A DNA stretch of 64,000 nucleotides from an uncultured Candidatus Saccharibacteria bacterium (GCA_964591445.1 CAZQAW010000002.1:3394-67393); one strand, 5' to 3'. Positions 16,315 to 25,910 are shown, numbered from the stretch's first letter. The notes: generated by a model from the letters alone, not told the origin. Numbers and translations are program-made.

Positions 16315-16428
16315 AAAAGAAAGAAACTAGTTGGAAAAGCCTTGCGGAGGCTGTCGAGCCGAGCAGGCTACATTTTCAGCAGAAAATGATAGCTTGCTTT
16401 TCCAGCTAGTTTCTTTCTTTTCCGACAC
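16315..16428 (+). ncRNA. Candidate structured RNA or repeat element, copy 1. The conserved ~50-nt core CCTTGCGGAGGCTGTCGAGCCGAGCAGGCTACATTTTCAGCAGAAAAT sits inside a 24-bp flanking stem.
   Basis: The core is shared with 36935-36985 and, in reverse complement, with 63229-63284. The flanking arms AAGAAAGAAACTAGTTGGAAAAGC / GCTTTTCCAGCTAGTTTCTTTCTT pair with a single U-G wobble, which holds only in the plus-strand RNA. An intrinsic terminator follows at 16434-16457. Confidence 0.45.
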
Positions 16429-16433
16429 AAAAC

Positions 16434-16457
16434 AAAAGCCCCCGGTAGGGGGCTTTT
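16434..16457. terminator. Terminator hairpin AAAAGCCCCC-GGTA-GGGGGCTTTTGT.
   Basis: GC stem with flanking A and T runs. It lies 3' of the large minus-strand gene and 3' of the plus-oriented element. Confidence 0.6.
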
Positions 16458-16484
16458 GTACATGCGACTGCGCTTCTTTCACTT

Positions 16485-19292
16485 TTAGTGAGGCAAATGT
16501 GTTGGAGCTACCTGCTTCACAAATCGTGTCGGAGCGAATACTTTTCGTCCAAGCATAATAAGAAGAAGGACAATGAGAATGAATGCGAGCCAGCCGATCA
16601 AAGTATTCGGGAAGAGGCCATCTGCACCAAAGAGTGCAAGTGCTCCCAAGAATCCTACAGCTGATCCGGCGATCGTGTCGATAGAGTATGCAACAACGTC
16701 ATCTTGGATATTGCTTCCATAGACGTAAGCTGCTGTTCCTGAAGCAACAAGGGGGTCACCATTCTTTGCAGTTGTGCGAACGATACCATCGACGAAGAAA
16801 GATTCTTCTTCCTGAGGGTTGAGTGTTCCCACTTCTACCGTAACAGTATTGTCTTTCAAAGAATATTCACCGCGAGTGTTTCGAACGTCTGTAACATTTT
16901 CTGGAAGTTGGATGTGCACGACTACATCACGAAGCGTTGTTCGCTTTGCAATATTTTTGTAAGTAACAACGTAGTCGATCGCATCGCCTGGTCGGTATGT
17001 TTCATAACGACTTTCAATAGTAAGCGTCATGAGAGGAACATTACCTGAACCACCGCCACCTGTGTAGATGATGATCGGATCAGTATTTGTCTGAGCCTGA
17101 GTTCGGAATGACAAGATGTTTCCATAGACTGTTCCGCTTGTGCCATTTGAAGCAACTGCCCGGAAGTAGTACGTCGTATTTGGAGCAAGGTTATAGATCG
17201 GAGCAGAAAAAGACGTATTACCATATACAGTCTGAGCTGTAGTTGTTGCACCAAGAGAGTATGTGCTTCCCCACTGGAACCATACAGATGCTGTGGTAGA
17301 ACCACTGCAATTACCACCAAGAGGACATACGTAATTCATTCCAGAAACATATCCATTCAAGTTTGCACTTGTCTGGCCAACACCAGAAGCAACAAGAGTT
17401 GAAACTGAAAGTTGAGTTTGCTGAACGTAGTTGTATTCGTCGTTGTCTGTTGGGTACGCACAACCTGGATCGTTCATGTCTACATAACCATCGTAGTCGT
17501 TGTCGCGTCCGTCATTACATGCGTAAGTTTGTGGAGGATTGATGATCTGGTTGTATTCATCATTGTCTTTCGGAGATGAACAACCAGGGTCATTCATGTC
17601 GACATACCCATCGCCATCGTTATCAAGGTTGTCGCTACATGCGTATGTCTGTTGATACACAGTTCGCATATTTACAACAAGTGTTCGAGTTTGGATCGCT
17701 CCGCCCAAGATAGATGCAGAAAGTGTAAATGTTGTTGTTCCGTAAATCGGATGTGTGTCGATAGATCCGCTTGTTCCAACTGGTCCAAGAGATGAGATCG
17801 AAACATTTGTACAATCATTTGTTGTCGCCCATGTAAGAGTCGAAATACCGCCGCTGTTTACTGTTGAAGGTGAAGCGTTGAAGCTTGTAATCGCACAGTA
17901 TCCTTGTGAAGGCTGTTGTGTAACATACACTGTGACTGTTTTTGTCTGAGTTGGACCAGGTCCGTCTGCAGTCAAAGTAAATGGTGTTGTCGCGATCAAA
18001 TTTCCTGTTGAAGTTGAACCAGAAAGCATTTGTGAACCAAGATTTGTAATAGAAACTTGATCACAGTTTGTTGTTGTCCAGTACAAGTTTGCAGGGCTAC
18101 CATATGCCGTAGTTGAAGGTGCCGCAGAAAAACTATTGATAACACAGTTCTGAACTTGTGGCTGCTTCACTGTCACCGTAACAGTACGAGTGATAGTTGT
18201 ACCGTTGTTACAGTTTACTGTAAGTGTATACGTTGTTGTATTTGTCGGAGCAACTGTGACAGATCCAGAAAGTCCGGGATGGCTGTTGCCTGAAGTTGGA
18301 GAAATACTTACGCTTGAAGCGTTTGTTGTATTCCAAGAGAGTGTAGTCGTGTCACCTTTGTTGATGTTTGTAGATGATGCAGAAAATGTCGCAGTACATG
18401 CTGGAGGATTTCCTACATTGATACTTACAGTGTCATAAAGTGTGTTGCCGTTTTGACAGTGTACAGTAAGAGTATATGTTTGGTCGTGTTGAAGAGCGCC
18501 AGTCGGCTTTGTTCCAGATGGAACAGTTGCATTACCAAGGCCTGAAATGCTAGCGCTTGTAGCACCAGTTACTGACCATGAAAGTGTAGACGAACCGTTG
18601 TAAGAAACGTTTGTCGGACTTGCATTGAAGTAGTTGATGTTACATGCAGCTGGAGGAGGTGTGTTACCTACTAGAAACTGCGCGCGAACCGTACCTTGGT
18701 GACAGAAAGTCTGGCTTGTCGGGCAAGTAGAATCCGGACCGACTGAGCCCATATTGAATCCTCCGCCAAAAATAGCTGCTGCGTCATTGGCAGAAAGCGG
18801 AGTTCCGTACGTAGAATGTTCAGCGTACCATACCGCAGAACCAGGAACATACGTAAGCGTCTGAGCCTGAGAACCATTGATACTTACTGATGCAGAACCT
18901 GACTGAGGACAGTTTGTACAGTTTGAAGCTGTTACTGAACCAAAGAATGTCTGACTATGAACTGCGCCTGTCGACTGAGGACTCATTCGCACAGTTGTAT
19001 TTTGTGCAGCTACAGGACCAGTGTTGTGATAGTAGACACGAACGGCAATGGTATCTCCTGGATCAGCAGACACAGAACCATACCAAGCCGAAGTTGAATT
19101 CGGATTGTTGGTGACGTTCATCACCTTGACCGTAGCGAGGTCGCCAGGGTTTGTGTTGAAATACGTAGTACTCTGTGCTTGAGCCATGCCAAAAAAAGCA
19201 AAGCCGACGGCAAGCGTTCCCAAGAATACGTATTTCTTTATATTATTGAAATAATTCATATACTTTTTCTTACTGTTTATAATTCTGTACAC
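16485..19292 (-). CDS. Large cell-surface adhesin-like protein: signal peptide, DUF11/CARDB-like N-domain, four tandem ~85-aa Ig-like repeats, two dockerin/TSP3-like Ca-binding repeats, fibronectin-III-like domains and a C-terminal TM anchor.
   Basis: Repeats such as NxSPxxVxxGxxTTLxWxTTNAxxVSIS...TYTLTVxCxNG occur four times. Two CxDxxDNDxDGYVDMNDPGC motifs are present. The C-terminus contains GLFPNTLIGWLAFILIVLLLIMLGRK. Confidence 0.65.
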   Translation of the reverse strand: MYRIINSKKKYMNYFNNIKKYVFLGTLAVGFAFFGMAQAQSTTYFNTNPGDLATVKVMNVTNNPNSTSAWYGSVSADPGDTIAVRVYYHNTGPVAAQNTTVRMSPQSTGAVHSQTFFGSVTASNCTNCPQSGSASVSINGSQAQTLTYVPGSAVWYAEHSTYGTPLSANDAAAIFGGGFNMGSVGPDSTCPTSQTFCHQGTVRAQFLVGNTPPPAACNINYFNASPTNVSYNGSSTLSWSVTGATSASISGLGNATVPSGTKPTGALQHDQTYTLTVHCQNGNTLYDTVSINVGNPPACTATFSASSTNINKGDTTTLSWNTTNASSVSISPTSGNSHPGLSGSVTVAPTNTTTYTLTVNCNNGTTITRTVTVTVKQPQVQNCVINSFSAAPSTTAYGSPANLYWTTTNCDQVSITNLGSQMLSGSTSTGNLIATTPFTLTADGPGPTQTKTVTVYVTQQPSQGYCAITSFNASPSTVNSGGISTLTWATTNDCTNVSISSLGPVGTSGSIDTHPIYGTTTFTLSASILGGAIQTRTLVVNMRTVYQQTYACSDNLDNDGDGYVDMNDPGCSSPKDNDEYNQIINPPQTYACNDGRDNDYDGYVDMNDPGCAYPTDNDEYNYVQQTQLSVSTLVASGVGQTSANLNGYVSGMNYVCPLGGNCSGSTTASVWFQWGSTYSLGATTTAQTVYGNTSFSAPIYNLAPNTTYYFRAVASNGTSGTVYGNILSFRTQAQTNTDPIIIYTGGGGSGNVPLMTLTIESRYETYRPGDAIDYVVTYKNIAKRTTLRDVVVHIQLPENVTDVRNTRGEYSLKDNTVTVEVGTLNPQEEESFFVDGIVRTTAKNGDPLVASGTAAYVYGSNIQDDVVAYSIDTIAGSAVGFLGALALFGADGLFPNTLIGWLAFILIVLLLIMLGRKVFAPTRFVKQVAPTHLPH

Positions 19293-19334
19293 GACTGTAC
19301 ATTTTTAAATCTTCGATACAAGTGCATCAAAAAC

Positions 19335-19372
19335 TTGAAAATGTACAGGGTAGCGAATGTGTTGCTACCCTG
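19335..19372. terminator. Hairpin TACAGGGTAGC-GAATGTGTT-GCTACCCTGTA 3' of the minus-strand gene 19397..20845.
   Basis: 11-bp perfect stem followed by a T-rich run on the minus strand. Confidence 0.45.
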
Positions 19373-19396
19373 TAGTTTACTCTTAAAGCAATCTTT

Positions 19397-20845
19397 TTAC
19401 TTTCTGCTTCCATTATTACTGTTGCGACTACCACCACCATTTCCACCTTGACGAGCCGTAGCTTGTCTTGGGGCTGGGTCTTTCTGTCTAACATTATTGT
19501 TCCTGTTATTATTTTTAGGAGCTTCAACATTTTGAGAAGGTTTACTCAGCCTTACATCGGGAGATGTTTCAACATCTTGGCGACTTGGACCAGCGTTGGT
19601 GTTACTTCGTGGGCGTGGCGCAGAATTGTAATTCTGCTTATGCCCTTTTGGAGTTACATCACTGGTTCTTTCGCGTGACCTTGATGGACCGTTGTAAGCA
19701 CTGGGCTCATTGCCTTTCAAGGTGTTTGCGGTAAGGACTTGATTATCATTTCTTACATCTCTTCTAGGTTTAGTGTAAGAAGAAGCAGAATTTTGATAAC
19801 CAGAACCTCTTGGCCTCGGATCAGGATTAGTATAGCCAGTATTCGTGGTTCCATTATAACCTCGTGGACCACCGCCACCTTCAGTTGGATTACCACCACT
19901 GCCATCAACAGACTCACCACCATTTCCTTCTTGTGGCCAACCGGTTGAAGGGTTGGTAACAGGAGGTGGTGGAGGGTTGTGAATATTCGTAACCTGATTG
20001 TTGTAATAACTATTATCAGTGTACGAATTGTCGATGAAAGTAGGAGCTCCTCCACAACATTGCTGTTGAGGGATATACATTGGTGTATATCCTAAGCTCA
20101 TACCCATACTTACACCAACCGAAGCGGAAGCATACGATTGCCCGCCTGTGTGAACATATACAGGAACCTCACGGTCTCTGTATTCCACAACTGTTTTGGT
20201 TTCAGCATGAGTTTCAGGAGCCGGTGTTTGTTCCGGTCCGTCATCGGCCAAAGGCGTTTGTACGGTTGCACCTGTAGTTACTACGATAAACGGATTACCA
20301 CATTCAAGTGACATCCAGGCAACTTTTGGATAAGTTTTTGAATGACTTATTCCAGGAACTACATTGGGGTCAAACACAAGATAGTGTTCTGTGTAGTGTT
20401 CATTCTTACGTGTTGCACGTGAATAACTACCGACAGTTACCTGATCAAGCTCTACGCGTGTCGTCCAAATCTGAGAAATGGGCTTAGATTGAACATGGCT
20501 GTTTTGCATGAACCACCTCATGTTATCCGGACGAATGTCTAGTCTTTCACCTTTGTCGTTTGTCCAACCATAAAGATCACTGTAATAGCGTAATGTGACA
20601 CTCCCTGTTTGTTCATGCTGTGCACGAAATTTAAGAGTGGGATCATCTAAGGCAGCTTCCAATTGAGAAATTTCTGTACGGCTTTGTTTCGCAACAAAGC
20701 CGTAAGCTTTTACTTGAGTATCGGCATTAACGATACCATAATCTACATAAGGATTTTGTGCGCACAACTGCTTCTGTGAAGCTAAGTTAAATGCGGTAAG
20801 CAATAAAATTGCTTTGATTTGAGTGTAAAAGAACTGATTTTTCAT
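19397..20845 (-). CDS. Secreted protein with a long low-complexity N/P/G/S-rich C-terminal region and a basic tail.
   Basis: Signal peptide MKNQFFYTQIKAILLLTAFNLASQ, an N-terminal globular part, and a C-terminal half dominated by P/G/N/S/T/R. Confidence 0.45.
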   Translation of the reverse strand: MKNQFFYTQIKAILLLTAFNLASQKQLCAQNPYVDYGIVNADTQVKAYGFVAKQSRTEISQLEAALDDPTLKFRAQHEQTGSVTLRYYSDLYGWTNDKGERLDIRPDNMRWFMQNSHVQSKPISQIWTTRVELDQVTVGSYSRATRKNEHYTEHYLVFDPNVVPGISHSKTYPKVAWMSLECGNPFIVVTTGATVQTPLADDGPEQTPAPETHAETKTVVEYRDREVPVYVHTGGQSYASASVGVSMGMSLGYTPMYIPQQQCCGGAPTFIDNSYTDNSYYNNQVTNIHNPPPPPVTNPSTGWPQEGNGGESVDGSGGNPTEGGGGPRGYNGTTNTGYTNPDPRPRGSGYQNSASSYTKPRRDVRNDNQVLTANTLKGNEPSAYNGPSRSRERTSDVTPKGHKQNYNSAPRPRSNTNAGPSRQDVETSPDVRLSKPSQNVEAPKNNNRNNNVRQKDPAPRQATARQGGNGGGSRNSNNGSRK

Positions 20846-21035
20846 GTGAATATGTTTTATTTTGTTTGTTTACAAGATTTTCTGGCGTAGGGCGGGGTGT
20901 CGGGAAAAATAAATACACTTCTTACGTCTGGTTATATGATAGCATATCCAAAGCTAAATGTCAATACCCCCTCTACCCCATTTTCCCCTTATTTCTATAG
21001 GCTAAAATCGGCCTTTCGGGTATACTTTATGTATA

Positions 21036-22739
21036 ATGACCATCCAATTTGACGACGAAAAAGAGGCTCGAAAGCTCGAAGAACTCCGCAAAGTCGAGGA
21101 AGAAGACCTGGTCCGCATCTTGGCCGAGGCAAAATACGGCATTCCGTCCATCGATTTGTCTGGGCAAACCGTTGAAAATGAAGCACTTCGCCTAGTCGAC
21201 GAGCCGGTTGCACGAGCACTCGAAGTTGCACCATTTAAACTCTTGGGCAAGAACTTATATTTGGCAATTCGCACACCAGAAAAAGATGGGTTAGAAGATC
21301 TTCGACAAGAAATTGAGAAAAAGGGCTATGGTGTCGCCTACTACATGGCGTCTCGCGCAAGTTTGGAAAAAGTCTGGGCGCGCTACAAAGAACTTTCGTA
21401 TGCATCAAGCTCAAAAGTGGGCGGTATCGATATTTCTGGTGAAGTTGTCGCAGGTATTGGAGAAAAAGTGCGCACTATTTCGGATGTACAACAAGCTATC
21501 GACGACTCGACAAAAGAAAACAAAACACATCGCATTTCGCATATTCTTGAAATACTTTTGGGTGGAGGAATTGCAATCAACGCTTCTGACATACATATCG
21601 AACCCGAAGAAGCAGACGTGCACGTGCGTTTCCGTCTAGACGGCGTACTTCAAGACGTAATGAAGTTCGACATGCAGACGTACAAACTTTTGAATTCGCG
21701 CATCAAGCTTCTCTCGGGCTTGAAACTGACAACATCTTTGAACGCGCAAGACGGGCGCTTCAGTATTTTCCTCGGCACGGATGAAATCAGCATTCGTACG
21801 TCGATGATTCCTGGCGCGTATGGAGAAAGTATCGTGATGCGTATTCTTAACCCAAAATCTATCCAAGTAAATCTTGAAGACCTTGGCATTCCGGAGAAAT
21901 TGCTTGCAATCATCGACCAAGAAATTAAAAAACCAAACGGGCTCATACTTCTAACCGGCCCAACAGGTTCCGGAAAAACCACAACGCTCTATGCGTTCTT
22001 GCGCAAAATTTACAGCACACAAATAAAAATCATTACGATCGAAGACCCGGTGGAATATCATTTACCAGGCATTACTCAGACACAAACTGAAAATGAAAAA
22101 GGCTACACCTTCCTCGAAGGACTTCGCTCTGCGCTCCGCCAAGACCCGGACGTGATAATGGTTGGAGAAATCCGCGACGACGAAACCGGGAAAATTGCTG
22201 TTGAATCTGCGCTTACTGGACACTTGGTGTTTTCTACACTTCACACCAACAATGCGGCTGGTGTGATTCCTCGACTTATCGATTTGTCGGTCAATCCGAA
22301 AACGCTTGTCTCTGCCCTTTCTCTTTCGATGGCGCAGCGCTTGGTGCGAAAGCTTTGCACGAACTGCAGAAAAGAACGCGACCCGAATGCAGAAGAAAAA
22401 AATAAAATGGATTCGATACTTGCCAAAGCCGAGCAAGATGGAAAGCATGTTGCTGAATACGGAATTACACTCAACGCTCCGTACAAAATCTATGACGCAG
22501 TCGGTTGCGAGAAATGTAACAACACTGGCTACAAAGGCCGCTGCGGTATTTACGAAGCAATCCGCACAGACGAAGCAATTGAAAAACTGATTGTTCAAAG
22601 CCCGAGCGAAAGAGATATAAGAAAAATCGCGCGAAGCCAAGGCATCCTCGACATGCGCGAAGACGGAGTGATAAAAGTGATCAAAGGCGTCACTTCACTT
22701 GAAGAAGTAAAAAGCGTTGTGGATCTGGATGAGAACTAA
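21036..22739 (+). CDS. pilB: Type IV pilus / type II secretion assembly ATPase (PilB/GspE family).
   Basis: N-terminal GspE_N-like domain, Walker A LLTGPTGSGKTTTLYA, Asp and His boxes, and a tetracysteine zinc motif CTNC...CEKCNNTGYKGRCGIYE. Confidence 0.85.
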   Translation: MTIQFDDEKEARKLEELRKVEEEDLVRILAEAKYGIPSIDLSGQTVENEALRLVDEPVARALEVAPFKLLGKNLYLAIRTPEKDGLEDLRQEIEKKGYGVAYYMASRASLEKVWARYKELSYASSSKVGGIDISGEVVAGIGEKVRTISDVQQAIDDSTKENKTHRISHILEILLGGGIAINASDIHIEPEEADVHVRFRLDGVLQDVMKFDMQTYKLLNSRIKLLSGLKLTTSLNAQDGRFSIFLGTDEISIRTSMIPGAYGESIVMRILNPKSIQVNLEDLGIPEKLLAIIDQEIKKPNGLILLTGPTGSGKTTTLYAFLRKIYSTQIKIITIEDPVEYHLPGITQTQTENEKGYTFLEGLRSALRQDPDVIMVGEIRDDETGKIAVESALTGHLVFSTLHTNNAAGVIPRLIDLSVNPKTLVSALSLSMAQRLVRKLCTNCRKERDPNAEEKNKMDSILAKAEQDGKHVAEYGITLNAPYKIYDAVGCEKCNNTGYKGRCGIYEAIRTDEAIEKLIVQSPSERDIRKIARSQGILDMREDGVIKVIKGVTSLEEVKSVVDLDEN

Positions 22740-22741
22740 AA

Positions 22742-22775
22742 AAGACTCGCACAACATTGTGCGAGTCTTTAATTA
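22742..22775. terminator. Bidirectional terminator AGACTCGCACAACATTGTGCGAGTCTTT.
   Basis: 10-bp GC-rich stem between the convergent pilB and the gene at 22780. Confidence 0.6.
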
Positions 22776-22779
22776 TCCC

Positions 22780-24165
22780 CTAAGAACCATATGGCTTTGT
22801 TTTTTCTTCTAAAAACTTTTCAAGTTCAGGAGAATACTTAGTGTTATATGCTAAGTCTTTTTTACGCATGAACTCATCAAATTCAGCAAGAGATTTATCC
22901 CCAAAATTGCGAAACTTTTTAAAATCGCTTCGTTCAAACAAAGTAGCATGCCAAAGATAAGTAATGCCGTTTCCTCTTAAGCAGTTATACAAACGCACAC
23001 TAAGGTCAAAATCATCTATCGATTTGCACAACAACTCAATGCGTTTCTCATTATATATTTCCAAAATGTCCGGTATCTGACTGTCTTTATTGTCCAATTT
23101 TTCCTTAAGATCAGGGTAAATGGCGAGTAATGCTGAAGTTACTTCAATCGGTAAATTACTGTTTACAAGATTTGCTTGGTAAAGATGCTTTGCAATTACT
23201 AACGCAGAAGCTTGGATTCTCTGTTTTTCAGAAAAAATCTGATTCTGCATCCTGTTTCGTAGGTGTAATTGTTTCAGTAATAAATACACTGTACTCGAAA
23301 CTTCATTCCATTCGGGAATAAGTGAAGAAACAATAAGATCTTTCTTCCTTATGAACATAGCGCTTTTTAATGCATTCATCCCTTTTCTATAGAACCGTAC
23401 TCTTGAATAATCAGACATATCTACAAAATATTCTCTGTCAGCTTGCGTCAAAGTCGGGAGTTCAAACTTTTCTTCTATTACAAACTTTATATGTCGAGGT
23501 AAAGTGCTTATTTTATTCTTAAGCAACGCCACAAATTCACTTGAAATATAAGGAGCGGTTTTAAGTTTTGCCTTCTCTATATATTCTTGAGCGATTTTCT
23601 TTACAATTTCTTTTGAGTTGGCAACTTCGTCAGAAAATGGGAAGTATATTCCATTTTTATCATTGTGTATTTTTCTTATACACTCTTCAAAAAAACGAAT
23701 ATGTCTGTACGGTTGTTTGTAAAATAATTGCGGTGCTTCGCCCAAAACAGAACGTACTAACTTTTTTTCTTCCTCGGTAATTTTTTCCTCAAAAGTAATA
23801 GTTTGGTACGAATCTATGACCTGCAATACTCCTTCAAGATAGGCAATGGCTTCATCTAGTTTTAAATAATCAAAAATTGCCTTTTGCATATTTTTGATTT
23901 CTTCACCGCTTATCTGAAAAGCGACTGCAATATCTTTTTCATCCGTCAGACACCAGGCGTAGAGCTTGAAAAGTTCGAGCTTAAGCTGGCGCCCGGTTGG
24001 CTTTGGGCCAGATTCTTCAACTTCTTTTTTTGTGGCAGTTGAATGTTTCCTAATTGCAGATTCGTTTATTTTTAGTATTTGAGAGATTACTCTCATTGGC
24101 AGTCTTAAGAAAAGACAGGTGCGGATAAATACTTTTACTTCGGGTGTAATTTTTATTTTATTCAT
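22780..24165 (-). CDS. Hypothetical regulator: N-terminal HTH plus a C-terminal domain resembling the RNA polymerase alpha-subunit C-terminal domain (alphaCTD). Encoded in an AT-rich stretch.
   Basis: The C-terminus DLSVRLYNCLRGNGITYLWHATLFERSDFKKFRNFGDKSLAEFDEF parallels the alphaCTD pattern LSVRSANCLK..I.TVGDL......L.K..N.G.KSL.EI. The N-terminus has an HTH-like ISQILKINESAIRKH. The local GC content is visibly lower than in the flanking genes. Confidence 0.45.
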   Translation of the reverse strand: MNKIKITPEVKVFIRTCLFLRLPMRVISQILKINESAIRKHSTATKKEVEESGPKPTGRQLKLELFKLYAWCLTDEKDIAVAFQISGEEIKNMQKAIFDYLKLDEAIAYLEGVLQVIDSYQTITFEEKITEEEKKLVRSVLGEAPQLFYKQPYRHIRFFEECIRKIHNDKNGIYFPFSDEVANSKEIVKKIAQEYIEKAKLKTAPYISSEFVALLKNKISTLPRHIKFVIEEKFELPTLTQADREYFVDMSDYSRVRFYRKGMNALKSAMFIRKKDLIVSSLIPEWNEVSSTVYLLLKQLHLRNRMQNQIFSEKQRIQASALVIAKHLYQANLVNSNLPIEVTSALLAIYPDLKEKLDNKDSQIPDILEIYNEKRIELLCKSIDDFDLSVRLYNCLRGNGITYLWHATLFERSDFKKFRNFGDKSLAEFDEFMRKKDLAYNTKYSPELEKFLEEKTKPYGS

Positions 24166-24256
24166 TTGTAAGGAGTTTTTTAGTTTTCTCTATTCTAGCA
24201 TATTTTTTACTTTTGTCAATGTATTGGTGAGTATGAACGTATGTTACAATTTTTGT

Positions 24257-24442
24257 ATGTTTAAGAGTCTTCGAAATCCAAAAGCTTTGGGAGATATCAG
24301 TAAAGATTTGGGTCAAATATTTTTTGCATCTGTTTTTCTCAGTGGCTTGTTAGGCACTGCAGGAAATTACTTTAGTATTGTCACTGGCCTCATTTTATCA
24401 ATTGTATTTTGGTCAGCCTATATAATTACTAGAAAATTATAA
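24257..24442 (+). CDS. Possible small membrane protein (~61 aa), low confidence.
   Basis: The internal Met of ORF 24119..24442 gives a 2-TM peptide. The region is AT-rich, and a second ~33-aa hydrophobic ORF follows at 24446-24547. Confidence 0.25.
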   Translation: MFKSLRNPKALGDISKDLGQIFFASVFLSGLLGTAGNYFSIVTGLILSIVFWSAYIITRKL

Positions 24443-24550
24443 TTTATGAATATACATTTTATGACAAACATGTACATATTGGGCGCATTACTTGCCATAG
24501 CAATAATTCTTTTAATTATCGCTGCAAAGAAAAACACAGATAAGTAAAAC

Positions 24551-24578
24551 AAAAAAGCCACCGTGAGGTGGTTTTTTT
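24551..24578. terminator. Terminator AAAAAAGCCACC-GTGA-GGTGGTTTTTTT.
   Basis: Hairpin with a T-tract after the small ORFs. Confidence 0.5.
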
Positions 24579-24908
24579 GTTTGTGAGAAAAAAGCATTAA
24601 TCTTTAAACAATCCTTACAATGCTATGCACTGGAAGTAATAGATTTTTAAAGGATAGAACCAGAAACTATAAATAGTACCAAAACGTCCTTTGCAAATCT
24701 CTAGAGACCGGAGCCTGATTGCTTAAAGATTGATGCCTTCTTTTGTTGTAAATGACTGGAGACTTTATTATACCTACTCTATACAAAGTGCAAAGTCTGT
24801 GTTGTTAATATCTCTGTGGATTACGTGTGGAAAATGGTATACTACCTCTATAAGTTATTAACAGAACAAAGTTTAGCATAAAAATATTGTATTGTCAAGC
24901 ACCCTCTT

Positions 24909-25910
24909 ATGGACAAAGACGAAGCACAATTGAACAAAAACGAAGACCGCTACCTCGACCACACTTTGCGGCCAAACGCTTGGGATGAATATATCGGCCA
25001 AGAGACTATAAAAGAGAACTTGCGCATACTTCTTCAAGCTGCAAAAGAACGCAACCACCCAGCGGAACACATCCTTTTCTACGGGCCGCCAGGTTTGGGC
25101 AAGACAACACTTGCGCACCTTATTGCCAAAGAAACCGGCCGACAAATGAAGATAACTTCCGGCCCGGCTATTGAAAAAGTCGGAGACTTGGCGTCCATTC
25201 TTACCAACCTTTCTCCGGGCGATATTATTTTCATAGACGAAATCCATCGCTTGAACAAAATGGTGGAAGAAGTGCTCTACCCGGCAATGGAGTCCGGCGT
25301 GCTTGATATCATCATCGGCAAAGGACCGAGCGCTCGCACCATCCAGCTCGACTTGCCGCCGTTTACGCTCATTGCTGCGACAACTCGAATCGCTCTCCTC
25401 TCTTCCCCGCTCCGATCACGTTTTTCTGGTGGAGTGTTTCGACTTGAGTTTTATACCGAAAAACAAATCGAATCCATCATCGCACGTTCTGGCAAAATTC
25501 TCGGTATTACACTTGAAGATGAAGCACTTTCAGAAATCGCAAAACGTTCACGCTTTACTCCGCGAACTGCAAACTACTTTTTGAAACGCTGCCGCGACTA
25601 CGCACAAGTTCACAAAAAAGATTTAGACAAAAAAACAGTCTTTCTCGCGCTTTCGCTTTTAGGTATCGACGAGCTCGGACTTTCGCAAAGTGATCGTCAT
25701 GTACTCGAAGTTATCATTGAAAAATTTAATGGCGGGCCTGTCGGCTTGAACACTATCGCCGCAGCGACGAGCGAAGAAGAAGCGACTATTGAAGAAGTAG
25801 TAGAACCGTATTTAATCCAAAGAGGCTTGCTCGAACGCACTCCCCGTGGACGCATCGCAACCAAAAAAGCTTACGAACACCTGGGTTTTGATTTTATAGA
25901 AAAGGAATAA
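24909..25910 (+). CDS. ruvB: Holliday junction ATP-dependent DNA helicase RuvB.
   Basis: LRPNAWDEYIGQE...ILFYGPPGLGKTTLAHLIA (Walker A), DEIHRL (Walker B/sensor), and a C-terminal winged-helix domain. Confidence 0.9.
   Translation: MDKDEAQLNKNEDRYLDHTLRPNAWDEYIGQETIKENLRILLQAAKERNHPAEHILFYGPPGLGKTTLAHLIAKETGRQMKITSGPAIEKVGDLASILTNLSPGDIIFIDEIHRLNKMVEEVLYPAMESGVLDIIIGKGPSARTIQLDLPPFTLIAATTRIALLSSPLRSRFSGGVFRLEFYTEKQIESIIARSGKILGITLEDEALSEIAKRSRFTPRTANYFLKRCRDYAQVHKKDLDKKTVFLALSLLGIDELGLSQSDRHVLEVIIEKFNGGPVGLNTIAAATSEEEATIEEVVEPYLIQRGLLERTPRGRIATKKAYEHLGFDFIEKE

Noticed and set aside
24820-24850. DnaA-box-like TGTGGATTA upstream of ruvB, and TGTGGATAT at about 51745.
   Set aside because: These are single isolated 8/9 matches with no clustering and are expected by chance in AT-rich DNA. 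I do not interpret them as origin or regulatory sites.
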